A stretch of DNA of 64,000 nucleotides, taken from positions 124,001-188,000 of the forward strand of contig JAAILG010000019.1 in assembly GCA_012026655.1 (NCBI GenBank), given 5' to 3'. Below are positions 52,091 to 64,000 of the stretch, piece after piece. The stretch is from Hydrolagus affinis (Eukaryota). The notes under the pieces are model-generated. The model searched no databases. It was not told where the DNA came from and worked only from the letters and a program-made list of their open reading frames with translations. How positions within the stretch are numbered: position 1 is the stretch's first letter; every line of letters begins with the position of its first letter. The position numbers were made by a program, and so were the translations under genes.

Positions 52091-52527
52091 GGTAACTGCA
52101 CTTCAATATTACAGGACCATTCTAAATTATGAGGGAAAAAATCTTCACACCTTTAAATGTACAGTCGTAATATTAGAGATGCATATGGGTAAGGTACAAA
52201 ACATGTAAGAACCCAGCAGCAGAATTACAATCACACTTAGTATTTGAGACAGTCTTCAAGCTACACTCCAGAAGTTGCCTTGATCTTTTATTATGATACG
52301 AAGACATTCAAATACTGTAGTGTATTTGTAATTCTATCAAGTGAAGATCTTCATTTATACTTGTCGCAATGTTTGTAGCAGTGTAAGGTGTTTTGCCCAT
52401 TGAATTAGAATTTTACAATTATATTGCATTGCAAAAGGTTTAGAGTACAAGGGTGCTGCACCCCCTCTAAGGCAAGTATGCAACAAACAGTTAGCAAGTA
52501 TGTTAACTGCTACTAACATTGCGACAA

Positions 52528-53032
52528 GTAGGTTCACTAGGTTAGTTCCTGGGATGAGGGGACTGACCTATGAGGATAGGTTGAATAAACTAGGACTGTA
52601 TTCTCTAGAGTACAGAAGAATTAGGGGAGATTTTATTGAAACATATAAGATTCGTAAAGGGCTGGATAAAGTAGACAGTGAGGGACTGTTTCCCCTGGTA
52701 GGAGAATCTATAACCAGGGGTCATAATCTTAAAATTAAGGGTCAGCCTTTTAGAACAGAGTTGAGGAAACATTTCTTCACTCAGAGGGTAGTGAATTTAT
52801 GGAATTCATTTTATGGAATTCACTACCCCAGAAGGCTGTAGATGCTCAGTCCTTGAACATTTTCAAGGCTGAGACTGATAGATTTTTTTAAAAAAAATAT
52901 AGGGATTAGGGGATATGGGGATAGGACATGTAATTAGAGTTAGGTCAAAAGATCAGCCATGATTTTATCAAATGGGAGGCAGGCTTGAGGGGCCGAATGG
53001 ACTACTCCTGCTCCTAATTCTTATGTTCTTAT
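52528..53032 (+). mobile_element. CR1 3' fragment, second subfamily
   Basis: RFTRLVPGMRGLTYEDRLNKLGLYSLEYRRIRGD... and tail ttcttatgttcttat. Confidence 0.92.
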
Positions 53033-54476
53033 ATTGATAGTTCAGCTGTTTCACAGTGTTAGACAAGCAGATTTGCAATGTTGTATCATAATACCACTGA
53101 AGATTTGTTTCCACTTTCTAATTTAAAAATAAAATGCATTTTTAAATCTGTATCAAAGGCAATTAGGACAAATATAAAGATATATTGCGAATGAAAATCG
53201 TTTCCATAGAGTTCGTATCTCTAGTATACTGGCCAGCAATTGCTCCTAACCCCTTGAGAAGTGAGCTGAAACTCCCTCAATGAATCCTTAAGTGTCTGTT
53301 CATTGGACCAATAAAAAAAAGTATTGAAATTGCAGTCATTTAATTTAGTTTCAACCATCGACTTTATGTATTGATGTGCAATGAATTTTGTATCATTGGT
53401 TACTTTGGGTTCCATTGTTTTATGAAAAATGCAGTAAAAGTAGGGAATTATGTCCCAATTATAACCTATTTTTGAAGACTACCCCCCCCATCCCCCCCCC
53501 CCCCACCCTCACTCAATCAGTAAGGTTATTTATTCTGTAAATGTTTGACTTAACTTTCTCTGGTGCAGCACTATCAGCATTTGAGGATTCCTATGACTGA
53601 GGAAGTACAGTTACACTACTCACTTGCCGCCCAACGGAGTAACAGTGGTAGAGATTCATACATGTGTACTGTGTGAGGTGCTCTTTAGGAAAACAGCCAG
53701 GATGGTCAGTCAGCATTTCATTGAGATAAAGTAGAATGACTGAGCACAAGACTATCTTTGTTCCACATACTGTATTTATTTTTTTAAATGAGTTTGGCTT
53801 TGTACCAGTGGCAGTTTTATTGTAGTTACTTTTTACTGTGCCTTTCGACTGTGGCTCCAGAACAACTGCATCACCAGTCAAACACTCAATCAGGCAACTC
53901 TGAATAGCAGTTGATCTGCTTCCTTATAAGGGTATCTAAGGTGTCTGTGGGTTAAGCAAAATCTGCTCAATGCTAAGCATTGCTAAATGAAGAGCCAAAT
54001 AATGTGTGAAACATGTGCCGTTATCTAACAAATGTTCTCTTGAGTAAAATAACCACTAATCTACCAACATTTCAAGCTGTTGTTAGTAGTGTTTCCTGTT
54101 GGGTTTTCACTTAATTATACCAGTTATTTAAACTAGTGAGCCTGTTTTGTTGCTGTAAATGTTCCGAATTTCTACCATGCTGTGCTGTGCCTTCTCGTTA
54201 TTTAACTCTGTACTCTGTAAAAGGCAAATGGTTTGCTAAGCTTGGTTTGATATTTCTTGCCTTTGTTCATACTTGGATCTAATTTCTCCTAATTTGCAAG
54301 TACTGTAATTGGTTGGTTTTATTATGGTTGTTTTATTATGCCGTGACCCATGAGATACGTAAAAGTAAACATTTTCTGTTTAATTATAGATTACCTCATC
54401 AATTTTATTGTTTACACTGCTTAACACGAGATACTGTTTCACGCACATTTTTGACCAAAGAAAATGTGCACAGCAG

Positions 54477-54597
54477 TAGGATACTGCTGTGCACAATTGG
54501 CCAACACATTTTGCCCACAAAATACACACTTTACAGTTTTTCTATGAAGCACTTTGAGATGCCTCAATGACATGATAAGGCACTATAATAAATTATT
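54477..54597 (+). mobile_element. DeuSINE-type 3' fragment
   Basis: ggatactgctgtgcacaattggcc...gaagcactttgagatg...gataaggcactata. Confidence 0.75.
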
Positions 54598-55039
54598 TAC
54601 AGTTGGGGGTACCTGACTCAGATGAATGGACAGCAATTGACTGAAATGGACCATCTTGGAGCTAAGTAAGATTCCAATCGAAAATGTATTCCAATCGACA
54701 ATAATGCTAGCTGCTACCAAAGCCTTTACTCTGAAGACTTACACTATCAAATGGAAGTATTTTCTCTGCTAACAACACACAGGTCACTTAATTTTACTCA
54801 GGTGATACTTCCCACTATTGTTATCACATCTTTTAATGCTTCTGGCAAGGGCTTGTGTACCAGTTCACTTCAGTTCATGTTGCTATTAGCTTTGCTTATC
54901 ACAAGCAACAGGCAGGAACAGTTTGGTACTGTCAGTGGGGCTCACCAATTAGTGTACCTATTTGCTCAATTGTTTTGAGCAAAGTAAGTTGCTTGGGTTG
55001 GCTTGCATATAAATGAAAGTAACACACTGAATGTTATAT

Positions 55040-55453
55040 GAACTTAGTTTCTCATCCGAAAAATGGCATGTTCTTAATGCAATACACCCTCAGTGGGCAG
55101 ACCTTCAGCCTTTCTGTCCCCACCCTCTGGAACTCCATCCCACTGTCCCTCAGCCTCACCCCCTCGCTTGGCTTCTTCAAGATCCATCTTGAGACCTTCG
55201 TCTTTGACCATGCCTTTGGTCGACTTCCTATCCCGACCCTTCTCCCTCCACCCCTCCCGATCCCAACCACCAGCTCAGGTGTGGATCCCTGGGACGTCCT
55301 CCTGATGTGCATTGCACTACACACAGTAATCTGTTGTTGAAGTATTGATGTATGAGCTCTTCGACTGTGAGTTCAAGTTGCGACATGGGACTCAAACCCA
55401 CAACCATCTGACTTAAAGGTGAGAGTGCTACACCATTGAGCTAAGCTGAGACA
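55040..55453 (-). mobile_element. SacSINE1-like DeuSINE 5' part split by an L2 fragment
   Basis: tctcatccgaaaaatggca...ccctcagt | L2 | ...gggactcaaacccacaaccatctgacttaaaggtgagagtgctac..ttgagc (tRNA head on the minus strand). Confidence 0.75.
55095..55338 (+). mobile_element. L2 3' fragment
   Basis: GQTFSLSVPTLWNSIP...FKIHLETFVF, then gggacgtcctcctgatgtg and a tgttgtt tail. Confidence 0.85.
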
Positions 55454-57501
55454 CAGATGAAGTACCACGAAAGATGTGAAAGATTAATGACCATGATATT
55501 GTTAGTAATGTAGCAGTATGGATGTGAGGGGTTGTTTATATTGAATGTTTTTTTTATTTGAATTGGCAAGGTTTACCTTGTGTAGTCTTGCTGAGGATTT
55601 TCATGTTCCTCAAAAATACAGAATGTTTGGAAATAAGTAGATGGGGAAGGACTTTTAAAATTGTAGATAATAGAAAATTATAAAACATTTACAAAGATCT
55701 CTGGTGAATAGAGGAAGATATAGACAGATTACAAAACTCTACAATAAAATTTGCCCTCATATTATGACTTTCACATCAAGCATGTCTCAAAGCACCGGAC
55801 AATTCTGTCTGGGCACCAGGGAATGACCACATATGTACTAACATCGGTGCATGTCTAATGCTATATTTAAGCAACTCAGTTCTTTGTCTTGTTTTGAAAT
55901 AGTGGCTGACTTCAGTTTGATAAACATGTGTTTTTTGAAATGCACAAGAAGAGCTTTGTGTTGCTCTTTAAAGGTAATCAAGCAAACTCCAGAATATTGA
56001 TCTGGCTATCCCACATCTTGAGGTCAAAACTGACTGACTCTTCTCCACAGAACTTTTCCTCTCCTCCTGTCCCAATAGTGCAGAAACTATCATGTCCTAT
56101 GGAGATTGTGAATTTTATTCAAAGGAATATTGCAAATCCAAATGATTTGTGGTCCTGCGTGTTTCAATTATACTTGACAGTATTCACATTAAAAATGTAA
56201 GCAAAATTACTGAATAATAAATAGCAATATTAATAGTATGTTAGCTTTATTCTATTGGGGTAATTTATACTGAGATACAAATCATTCAACTTTTTGTTGA
56301 AATATTAACAACAACAAAATTACACTTGTATAGCGCCCTTCACGTCAGGAGGATATGTTAATTCTAACAGAAGTGATCAATATTTTTATGTATAATTTAT
56401 GAAATAGGTGTTTAGAAATTTTAACTTCAGCTGATTCCTCACACTATTAAAATAACTACAGATCTACGTACTGGGTTGTGTTTTTGAATATTATCATCAA
56501 AATGTACTCATAGTTGAAAATAGCTTTGTAAAGACAAAAAGGAGAATTAAGTTACATAATTCATCGAGAAGATTCTTAACCACCATATAGCAATGCTGGT
56601 TCAGCTTGTGATGCATTTTCCTGCTAGATTCTGAGCTCCCTTGTGGCATCCATGGTCTTGCCATAAGGTCAGGAGTTAACTACACATATTTTAGCAATGC
56701 ATCGCTGTCAATACTGCTCCTATGGAAACCCTGCCTGACGTCACTTTGAATCCTTGGAATTGTAACTGGGCTTTAGAAAAGTCAATAGTACCATTAGATT
56801 GCTGTCTTTATTATTAGTTACTACTTCCTGCTCGCAGCCTAACAATTCATTAGTAGAGGTTTTAAAATCTCACTTGATTATTTATGCAGTCAATACCATG
56901 ACTCGTCTACATTTATAATGGATTATATGGCACTGTCTTTAAGCAAACATGGCGCATGGTAATCTGATACCCATATGAAAGGAAGAGCTTGTCTCTGTGA
57001 ATATCATTTAGATAATTAAAAATGACAGTTGAAAGCGCCTGCTGTCTTGACCTGTGCTTTGTTCCCTGGATGATGCTGAAGAGATGCTGATTTCTGTCAA
57101 TCAAAACTCATTTGAGGGTTGTAAATTTTGCCTGTCATGAACTCTGACTTTAGGATTACTCTCAAATAGATTATAACCTTGAAATACCTTCTGAACAAAA
57201 CCAGTTTTACCAGAGGGATACCATATAAAATGAAATCTTCTAATCCTCAGTGAGCATTGTTCTTTCCCAGCTACTGATTAAGAGTACTACTATTGTATTA
57301 TTCATACAAAAACTTTTAATTGTGTGGTATGCTTGTGATAGCTTACTGTGAGTTAGTTCCCTAAATATCTCTAAGAAATGACTGCTCTCCCATTGTTGAA
57401 TTAAATATTTTATTTGCAAAAGCTTTATAAACGTATACTTAAAGTTCAAACTAGTCATCCAGGTAATGTATGGCACATTGACCTGCATATTTTCTTTTAA
57501 G

Positions 57502-57974
57502 AACAACAACCAAGTTACATTAGTAGAGCTCCTTTCACGTTGGGAGGTCGTCTCAAGGCAATGAAAAGGTAGGGATCAGGAACTGAGCATGATGGGGGTT
57601 GGGGGGGTGGGCAGGATTGGAATGAGGGAGGGCAGAGAGATAGGATGCTAACTGAAGGTAGGTTGAACAGAAGGATCCTTAGACCGGTCTTGAAGGAGGC
57701 AAGGGAGAAAGCAAGGCAAAGAGATTGTGGGATGTAGGTCCAAAATGAAAGAGGCTGAAAGCCTGGCAGCCGATGGTAGAGCGGGTCAGGCGGGAGACAT
57801 GGAGCAGGCCGGAGCCTGCTGAACAGAGGGAGCAAACAGGTTGATATTGGTCCGCAGGTCAGAGAGGTAGGAGTGGGCAAGGCCATGGAGGGCCTTGAAG
57901 ATGAGGACAAGGATCTTCAACTTGATCCTCTGAAGAATGGACAGCCAGTGTAGCTGGGTGAGGGTGGGGTTGAT
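57502..57974 (-). mobile_element. L2 3' fragment
   Basis: Minus-strand peptide PTLTQLHWLSILQRIKLKILVLIFKALHGLAHSYLSDL. Tail at the left end. Confidence 0.9.
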
Positions 57975-59079
57975 CAATACCTGTTGTGCTCTGATCAGGA
58001 AGACTGGTTTGCCTTGCTGCTCAAGGCCAATCAAAACTTGGTTTCCAAAATTGTATTTTAGATGTTTCCAATCACATTTATTTCATTAATTTAAACTTAA
58101 TTCTGATCCATTTCAGAGGGATTACAAATATGCTTCTTGATCGGTGAACCTCGTAAGGCTTTGTTTTAATGTTGGAGGTGAAAGTTTTCGGATAAGAGAT
58201 AATGGTTTCAAAGCAGTCACCTTTACGTATCTTACTCTAAGGCATTAACAGCTTCTGAAAGATTTCAGGATTACTTTTGCACTCGGGTATTAAAGTTATC
58301 ACAACTACATCTCTAGCTCAGGAATTTGCACCTTGACTTTTAAAAAGGACTGCAAATCCTCCTTAGAAATGGGTAAAGAGATCCTTATAGCTGAAAATGT
58401 AGATTCTTCAAAATAAATATCAGGCTACTGGATGCCTGAAGTGATTCCAGTTACCTCAGCGAAGAATGTGGCCAGACCATGGGGGTGAATGGCGATATTC
58501 AGCATTCTCTGATATTTCAGTCACACTTTAGTCTGGTCTCAGTATATGGGCAACCATTCATCTGGACCAGTATAGTTTTGAGAGATAGCTACATTGTTCC
58601 AGATGACGTTTTTGTTGTGAGATATTAAACTGACATTCATTGGATCCATTTAAGTACCAAAGACTTCCATAGCACCATCTCAAAGAGCTCTCATGGAGTT
58701 CTCCAGGTGCCTTGTCAATTATTCTAGCCTTGCAAACTAAATTACACATTCTATAACATTGAGCTTGAAGACTTACCTTGATATTGCATTATCAAAACAA
58801 TATCAGAAATTGTGAAAATTAAAATCCTGTTATATATTTCCTAGTAACCAGCATTGCTTATGGAAGTCAGATGCTTATTCTGATATATCCTGGCAATTGC
58901 ATCTGTGGATTGGCAATGATTAAAGCCATGTAACCTACTGCCTTTACAGAGGGCCACAATTCTAAATCCAAAGGCTATTCTCTTGGATGCTCCAACACAG
59001 AGTGATCAGAAGTTAATCTATATCCACTATTTCCCATATGGTGAGCTCCTAATTTTAATCAACAACAACAACAACTTTG

Positions 59080-59123
59080 ATTTATATAGCGCACTCCAAG
59101 CCGGACGGCGTTTCAGAGCGCTA
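59080..59123 (-). mobile_element. Short L2-like 3' tail, second family
   Basis: (caa)5-ctttgatttatatagcgcactccaagccggacggcgtttcagagcgct. Confidence 0.7.
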
Positions 59124-60200
59124 ATCATTCAACCGTGGTTGCCAACTTGAGGCCAGGCACTTTTCTCATAGGAAGGAGGAGAATAAAAGCTACCAAACCA
59201 ATAGCAAATTTCAAGCCATAGGTCCATGTAATTGGACCTGTAATATCCATGTAATATCATTGTAAAAGATTGAATTTTCTATATGGAAACAGCGATAACA
59301 ATTTCTAAGATTACAAAAGGAAATGAGAAGGTTGAAACAAGCCACTCAGCCCAACCTGGTGTTTATACTCCATATGAGTTCATCCATTCCTTACTCCCTC
59401 TCATACCACAAGTCCATGAATGTCAGAGGAGAATGTTTCATGCCAGGTACTGTTATACTGTTCAAATGTGCATTTAGACAGCAAAATCAAAATGTTTATG
59501 TTAGTATTAAAACTTTCAAATAAACTACCTAATTACTGTTTGACTATAAATAATATTTAAACTACAGTTAATTGTAATATGCTGCTGAATCAGTTCAGTC
59601 GAACAAACACCTTTGTAGTAATTACAAGTTTTATGTACGGTATCATGTTAATGTAGGCTAGTCTCAGTTGAGGTTTGCTATTTTTTCTGTTGCAGCCTGA
59701 CAGCCACTAATAATAACACATGAGGACAGTCAGACAATATGAAGACAAATGTGGTGCGTCTCAGTTGAATTGTAATGTGTCCAGACCTAGACTTAGAAAC
59801 AATGACAAAACAGTATGTAGGCATTCTTTATAGCTTATTGAAATCTATGCTCTTTCCCTACAGACTTGCAGAACCTAATTGTGGTGAATGGAACGTCACT
59901 ATACAATGTTTCTGTATGACTCACAACAAATCAAAATTATTTTTAAAAAAGGTAGATATTTTAACCCCATAGATGATGCAAACTTGCTTTTAGATTTGAA
60001 GAAAATGAATTTGGGCTGGTTCTTGGCAGTATGTGTTTGAATGTCATGTATTTACCCTTCTGAAACAAAATATCTGTTTTTACCACAATTAAAAAGGAAA
60101 CTCATCAAAGAGTGAGTTTGTTAGAAATCAGTATAAATTTACTTTAAATGCATCTTAACACCCATCTGCTGGTTCTGATGGACATTAAACTATTTATGAC

Positions 60201-60252
60201 TTCCTCCTGACGTGAAAGGCGCTCTATAAATGTAATTTTGTTGTTGTTGTTG
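60201..60252 (+). mobile_element. 52-bp L2 3' end with 6-bp TSD, inside an old DeuSINE
   Basis: TATGAC at 60195-60200 and 60253-60258. Flanks ggacattaaa... and cactatttcaaagaagag continue the Deu domain. Confidence 0.88.
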
Positions 60253-62011
60253 TATGACACTATTTCAAAGAAGAGTAAGAACTTCTTTCCTGGAAAATAT
60301 TCTTGTCAACTAAATACATAAAAAATAGATTAATTGATCATTCATCTAATTACTGCCTGAGGGTGTTGTTGGTGCATTTGCTGAAACAACAATACCTTTA
60401 AAGTTGGGAAATTTTTTGAGACATGATAATGTGATGAGGTACTATATCGAATGTAAGTATGCATTTTGGTATTAATAAGACGTACATAAAAATGGAATTG
60501 AAAATCCTTCCATTTTAAAACAACCATTGCTGGATGAGGAGTGAAACAAGCTTACATGTGAAATGTGTTTTTCTGCTTTGAAGATGTTGATTGGTAGGGA
60601 ATTGAACATTCTTACCCTATATTTTATGTATTTAATCTGTTGTAATCTGGATATTTTGACAATAGAAGCCAGAATTCAAGGGCATACAGTGTGAATCTTT
60701 CTATCTCAACTAAAAATATAAAGTGTGAACATTATTATTCTAGTTATGTTTCTTTAGTTTTGACCTCTTTGTGAGATCATTTAATGATGGGAATCTTATT
60801 TTTAATTTATTTAAAACTGCCTGATTAACAATTTTGCATCAGTGAATTAGTGCTCAGTTTTCTTTATGATCCATTTTGATAATGGAACACAGATATGTTT
60901 TGTATTTTATTAAACAAATATTTAAAGTTGATTGAAATGCTAATGAAAATAGTAATACTTTTAATGGATGTATTGGTTCCAGTATTAGTGCTTTTTGTAT
61001 TGGATTTGGATATTAATCATTTGGAATCTTGAATAATATTTAACTAATGATAGACCAGAAAATAGGAAATGATTGAAGAAATGCATTCAAGGAGCACTTA
61101 AGGCTGCTAGTGAAAATTCACCATTTCAGCATTTTGTAATGTGAAGCAGTATTTATTCCAAAAGTACAATTATTTTTATGAACAATTCCTCTAACAGTTT
61201 TATAAACACCTGAGGAATCACTTACTGTAACATTGACACATTGGTCTGTTATTCTCCCTGCACTGGCAATGTGGAAGAACAATTTGTTTGCTGTGACTTC
61301 TAAAATTTGTATTTCGGTTTTACTATTGCCCAGTTGGTGATCTTCAGCTCGCTGGAATTAGCAAGAACAGAAAGAGACTGGAAAAAGATCCCCTTGTCTT
61401 TGGATGTTCCATATTCATCAGGTTGGACTAGTTATTCATCACCACACAAACTCTCTCATTCAGTTATACCAGAAAAAAATTTGAATTGCAGTCACACCCG
61501 AAGTACAATTAGAATTCTTTTAAAAGATGAAATAATACATTTTGGGGTTAGGGCAAACTGAAATAAATCAAGTTGCACAACAGTTCCTTAAACATCAATA
61601 CATGTTTTTTAAAACTAATTGTTGAAAAACAAAGCTTTAGCAAACAAATTCAAATAATTTTTTGTACCTTCTGAAGGACATAAAGACTATTGCTCCCCCT
61701 AATTTCTAACCCATTATTTGTCTCACAATTGCATCTCTTGTATGTAAGAGATAAATATTTATTCTACTCTAAAGCCACTGCCAATAGTTCATCAGATTCG
61801 TCTGATCGTTCATAACCATGTGAGAGTGAGTTCTGAGAGGTTCCCACTCTGCTTTCTCTCTTGCTTGGCTTCCCCTTGGTTTTACATCCCAGTGTAACGA
61901 GAACAGAATAGGAGAATTATATCCCATTTCGCTAAGGTACAATGCAAGTACAGTACAACTTTATTTTTCAGATCTTATATTGCAGCACTGAAATATTGTG
62001 TATATGGCACC

Positions 62012-62034
62012 ATATATATATATATATATATATA
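62012..62034. repeat. (AT)n microsatellite
   Basis: Read directly from the sequence. Confidence 0.9.
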
Positions 62035-62348
62035 ATATATTTCATGATAAGGCATGATTCCAACCTATACAATTCTAATGATGTTACAAAAGGCTGCTCT
62101 ATTTTCAGTCCCTTTCACCTGTGGATCTTAGCCAACAACTGATATTTCCCCAGAGCACTTGTTGCAGGCAATTAAGATTCATCACAGGAAATACCTACAC
62201 TCTAACCTACAAAGATAAACAGTATGATTACCACAAATGATTCATTGATTGCTGTGTAGGTCCCCGTGCTTTATAATAAAGGCCTTCTGCAAGACCTACA
62301 AAATACATTTTCCATAGTACTGTATATGGCTTTTAATCTTGTATTGTA

Positions 62349-62540
62349 ATAATAAGAATAATCCTTGCATGTGATATAACACTTTTCGCATCTTCTAGAC
62401 GTCTCAAAGAGCTTCACAGAATGTACTGTAAAGTGAATTGACTGTATATTTGTGGGTGAAACATGGCAGCCAATTGCGCACCGCAGTGTCCCACAATCAG
62501 TCGTGGTTTGAAATGACCCCATTTTTTTGAGGGATTATTA
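62349..62540 (-). mobile_element. tRNA-SINE (family of 7158/29895), 3' portion
   Basis: aataatccttgcat...ttctagacgtctcaaagagcttcacagaatgtactgtaaagtgaattgact...ggcagccaattgcgca. Confidence 0.88.
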
Positions 62541-63759
62541 TAAATTCAAGACTATTAAAGTGATCAATTGATTTATTTTCAAAGAGGCAAAAGTATATAA
62601 AATCATCTATTAACATTAAACAGCATAAGGATAGTCTGTTAGATTAAGCTAGGTGTGCAATCAGTTCTCTATAAGCATTAAAAAGCATGAGGGCTTTCCC
62701 AATAGATTACCCCAAATTTATTTTATTCAGTTTAAGAGTTAATTTAGAGTCAGCTGCTGTAAGACTTGATTTGTATCGATTCAATTCCAAATTTCAAGAG
62801 TGGAATGAGAATCGATGCTCCTAAAACCAGATTTGTACTGTAATTTAGTGTTGATTCCACCCAGAAAATGTACTAAATTGATGCTAATTTTATTGTCTAA
62901 TTTAGGATTCGAGCATCTACAGTTTGTCACAAGTGTAACTCTGTCTAATAGTGCCACTTGCACAAGAAGCCATCTGCTGGCAGAACCGAACCAATACAGG
63001 CACGATAGGGGAAATATGAGGGAACTTAATTTTGATCACGTCTGCTATTTCCCATTTAAAATATTACCAAACATTTCAAACATGTACATTGTGAGGAATA
63101 CTTCCTGCTTTCATTACTTATATACACAAATATATTTTATAAGCTATGATGTTATTTTCTGTTTTATATTTACATGGCAATGCACAGTATTGTAGCTCAT
63201 GGAACAATGGATGGAATAAATTGGAGTGAAGCATTCATTAGTAAGCAATTTAATGGCCTAACCAATTTGACACATCAAACACATACACAAACCTATACAC
63301 ATCACACATTATGCATTTGCATACACTAAAACAAAGGCTAGCTGGACTAATGGGGGAGGAGCGATCTGATCGGGTGAGACAGAATTTCTGGCTATGTGTA
63401 ATTACCATGCCATACCAGCATTTATCACCTTTTTTCAGTGTCGAGAAAACCTGGTAAATGCTGGTACTGGCATCATAATTGTTTGAATCTCATGAGCAGA
63501 AAATAGAGAACTCGCTTCTCGCAGGATTCAAATTGAGTAACGTTGATATCCCTGGTCACAGAAGGCCAGAAGAATGGTGAAGTGGGAGAGTGTGCTTGTT
63601 CCACTCTCTCCACCCCACCTCCCCTCAAACCCACAGGCAGGTTGGTTCCTTATTTTTTCCTGGCTATCTATGATGAAATCTTGCTGCAGGTTCCTCTGAT
63701 GCTTCATAGATAGTTGCTAGAAGTTTCCTATTTATACTTCATCTGTATTCATCTGTGAC

Positions 63760-63842
63760 AGTTTAACAGTAAATCCTGTGAAGCGCTTTGTGACGTCCAC
63801 TCGACATGAAAGGGGCTATACTCAATGTAAGTATTTATTATT
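63760..63842 (+). mobile_element. DeuSINE-type 3' fragment
   Basis: acagtaaatcctgtgaagcgctttgtgacgtc...catgaaaggggctatactcaatgtaag. Confidence 0.7.
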
Positions 63843-63938
63843 CACCAAAAGCTTAATTTGCGAAAGGCAGTTCTTTTCATGCTTCATCCATGAAAACTAC
63901 TGCCTTTCGCAAAGTAAGCAGTTGGTTAATAATAAATA
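63832..63938. repeat. 107-bp imperfect palindrome
   Basis: 50-bp arms with 44/50 complementary positions and a 7-nt loop cttcatc. Confidence 0.9.
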
Positions 63939-64000
63939 ATACACTCCTGAAATCTAGGGTTGGATGCTTCAGGCAGAGAAATTCCTTCTCTGAACAACTC

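Noticed and set aside
53482-53508. Poly-C tract
   Set aside because: Simple low-complexity run with no further structure.
57060-57090. tccctggatg resembling the start of the next NPAS3 exon (SLDG...)
   Set aside because: No acceptor, and the translation diverges immediately.
1-64000. Prokaryote-type systems (CRISPR arrays, operons) and the remaining short ORFs
   Set aside because: No regularly spaced repeats. The recurring motifs are dispersed retroposon tails, and 60-130 aa ORFs, many with non-ATG starts, are expected by chance.

Overview
AT-rich vertebrate genomic DNA, almost entirely intronic. I infer a cartilaginous fish, probably a holocephalan, from the repeat set: DeuSINE/SacSINE1-like and AmnSINE2-like SINEs, L2 LINEs with (TTG)n tails and CR1 LINEs. 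The only host coding exon I can support is an 83-nt + strand exon at 41032-41114. It encodes [28 protein letters not shown], the bHLH-to-PAS-A linker of the transcription factor NPAS3. I did not find the neighbouring exons, so the flanking introns appear to be at least 41 kb and at least 22.9 kb. Nearly all ORF-track entries are chance ORFs or LINE remnants. The most notable observations are: (1) a 6-nt tandem acceptor on the NPAS3 exon; (2) a candidate in-frame 21-nt microexon, or 107-nt poison exon, at 21201; (3) several long near-perfect palindromes, some made by fold-back of LINE tails; (4) a young CR1 whose 5' end is an inverted and rejoined ORF1 zinc-finger segment; (5) nested insertions with target-site duplications; (6) candidate conserved enhancers. 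Family and gene assignments come from recalled consensus sequences, not database searches. I found no demonstrably new biological system, only candidates that need testing.
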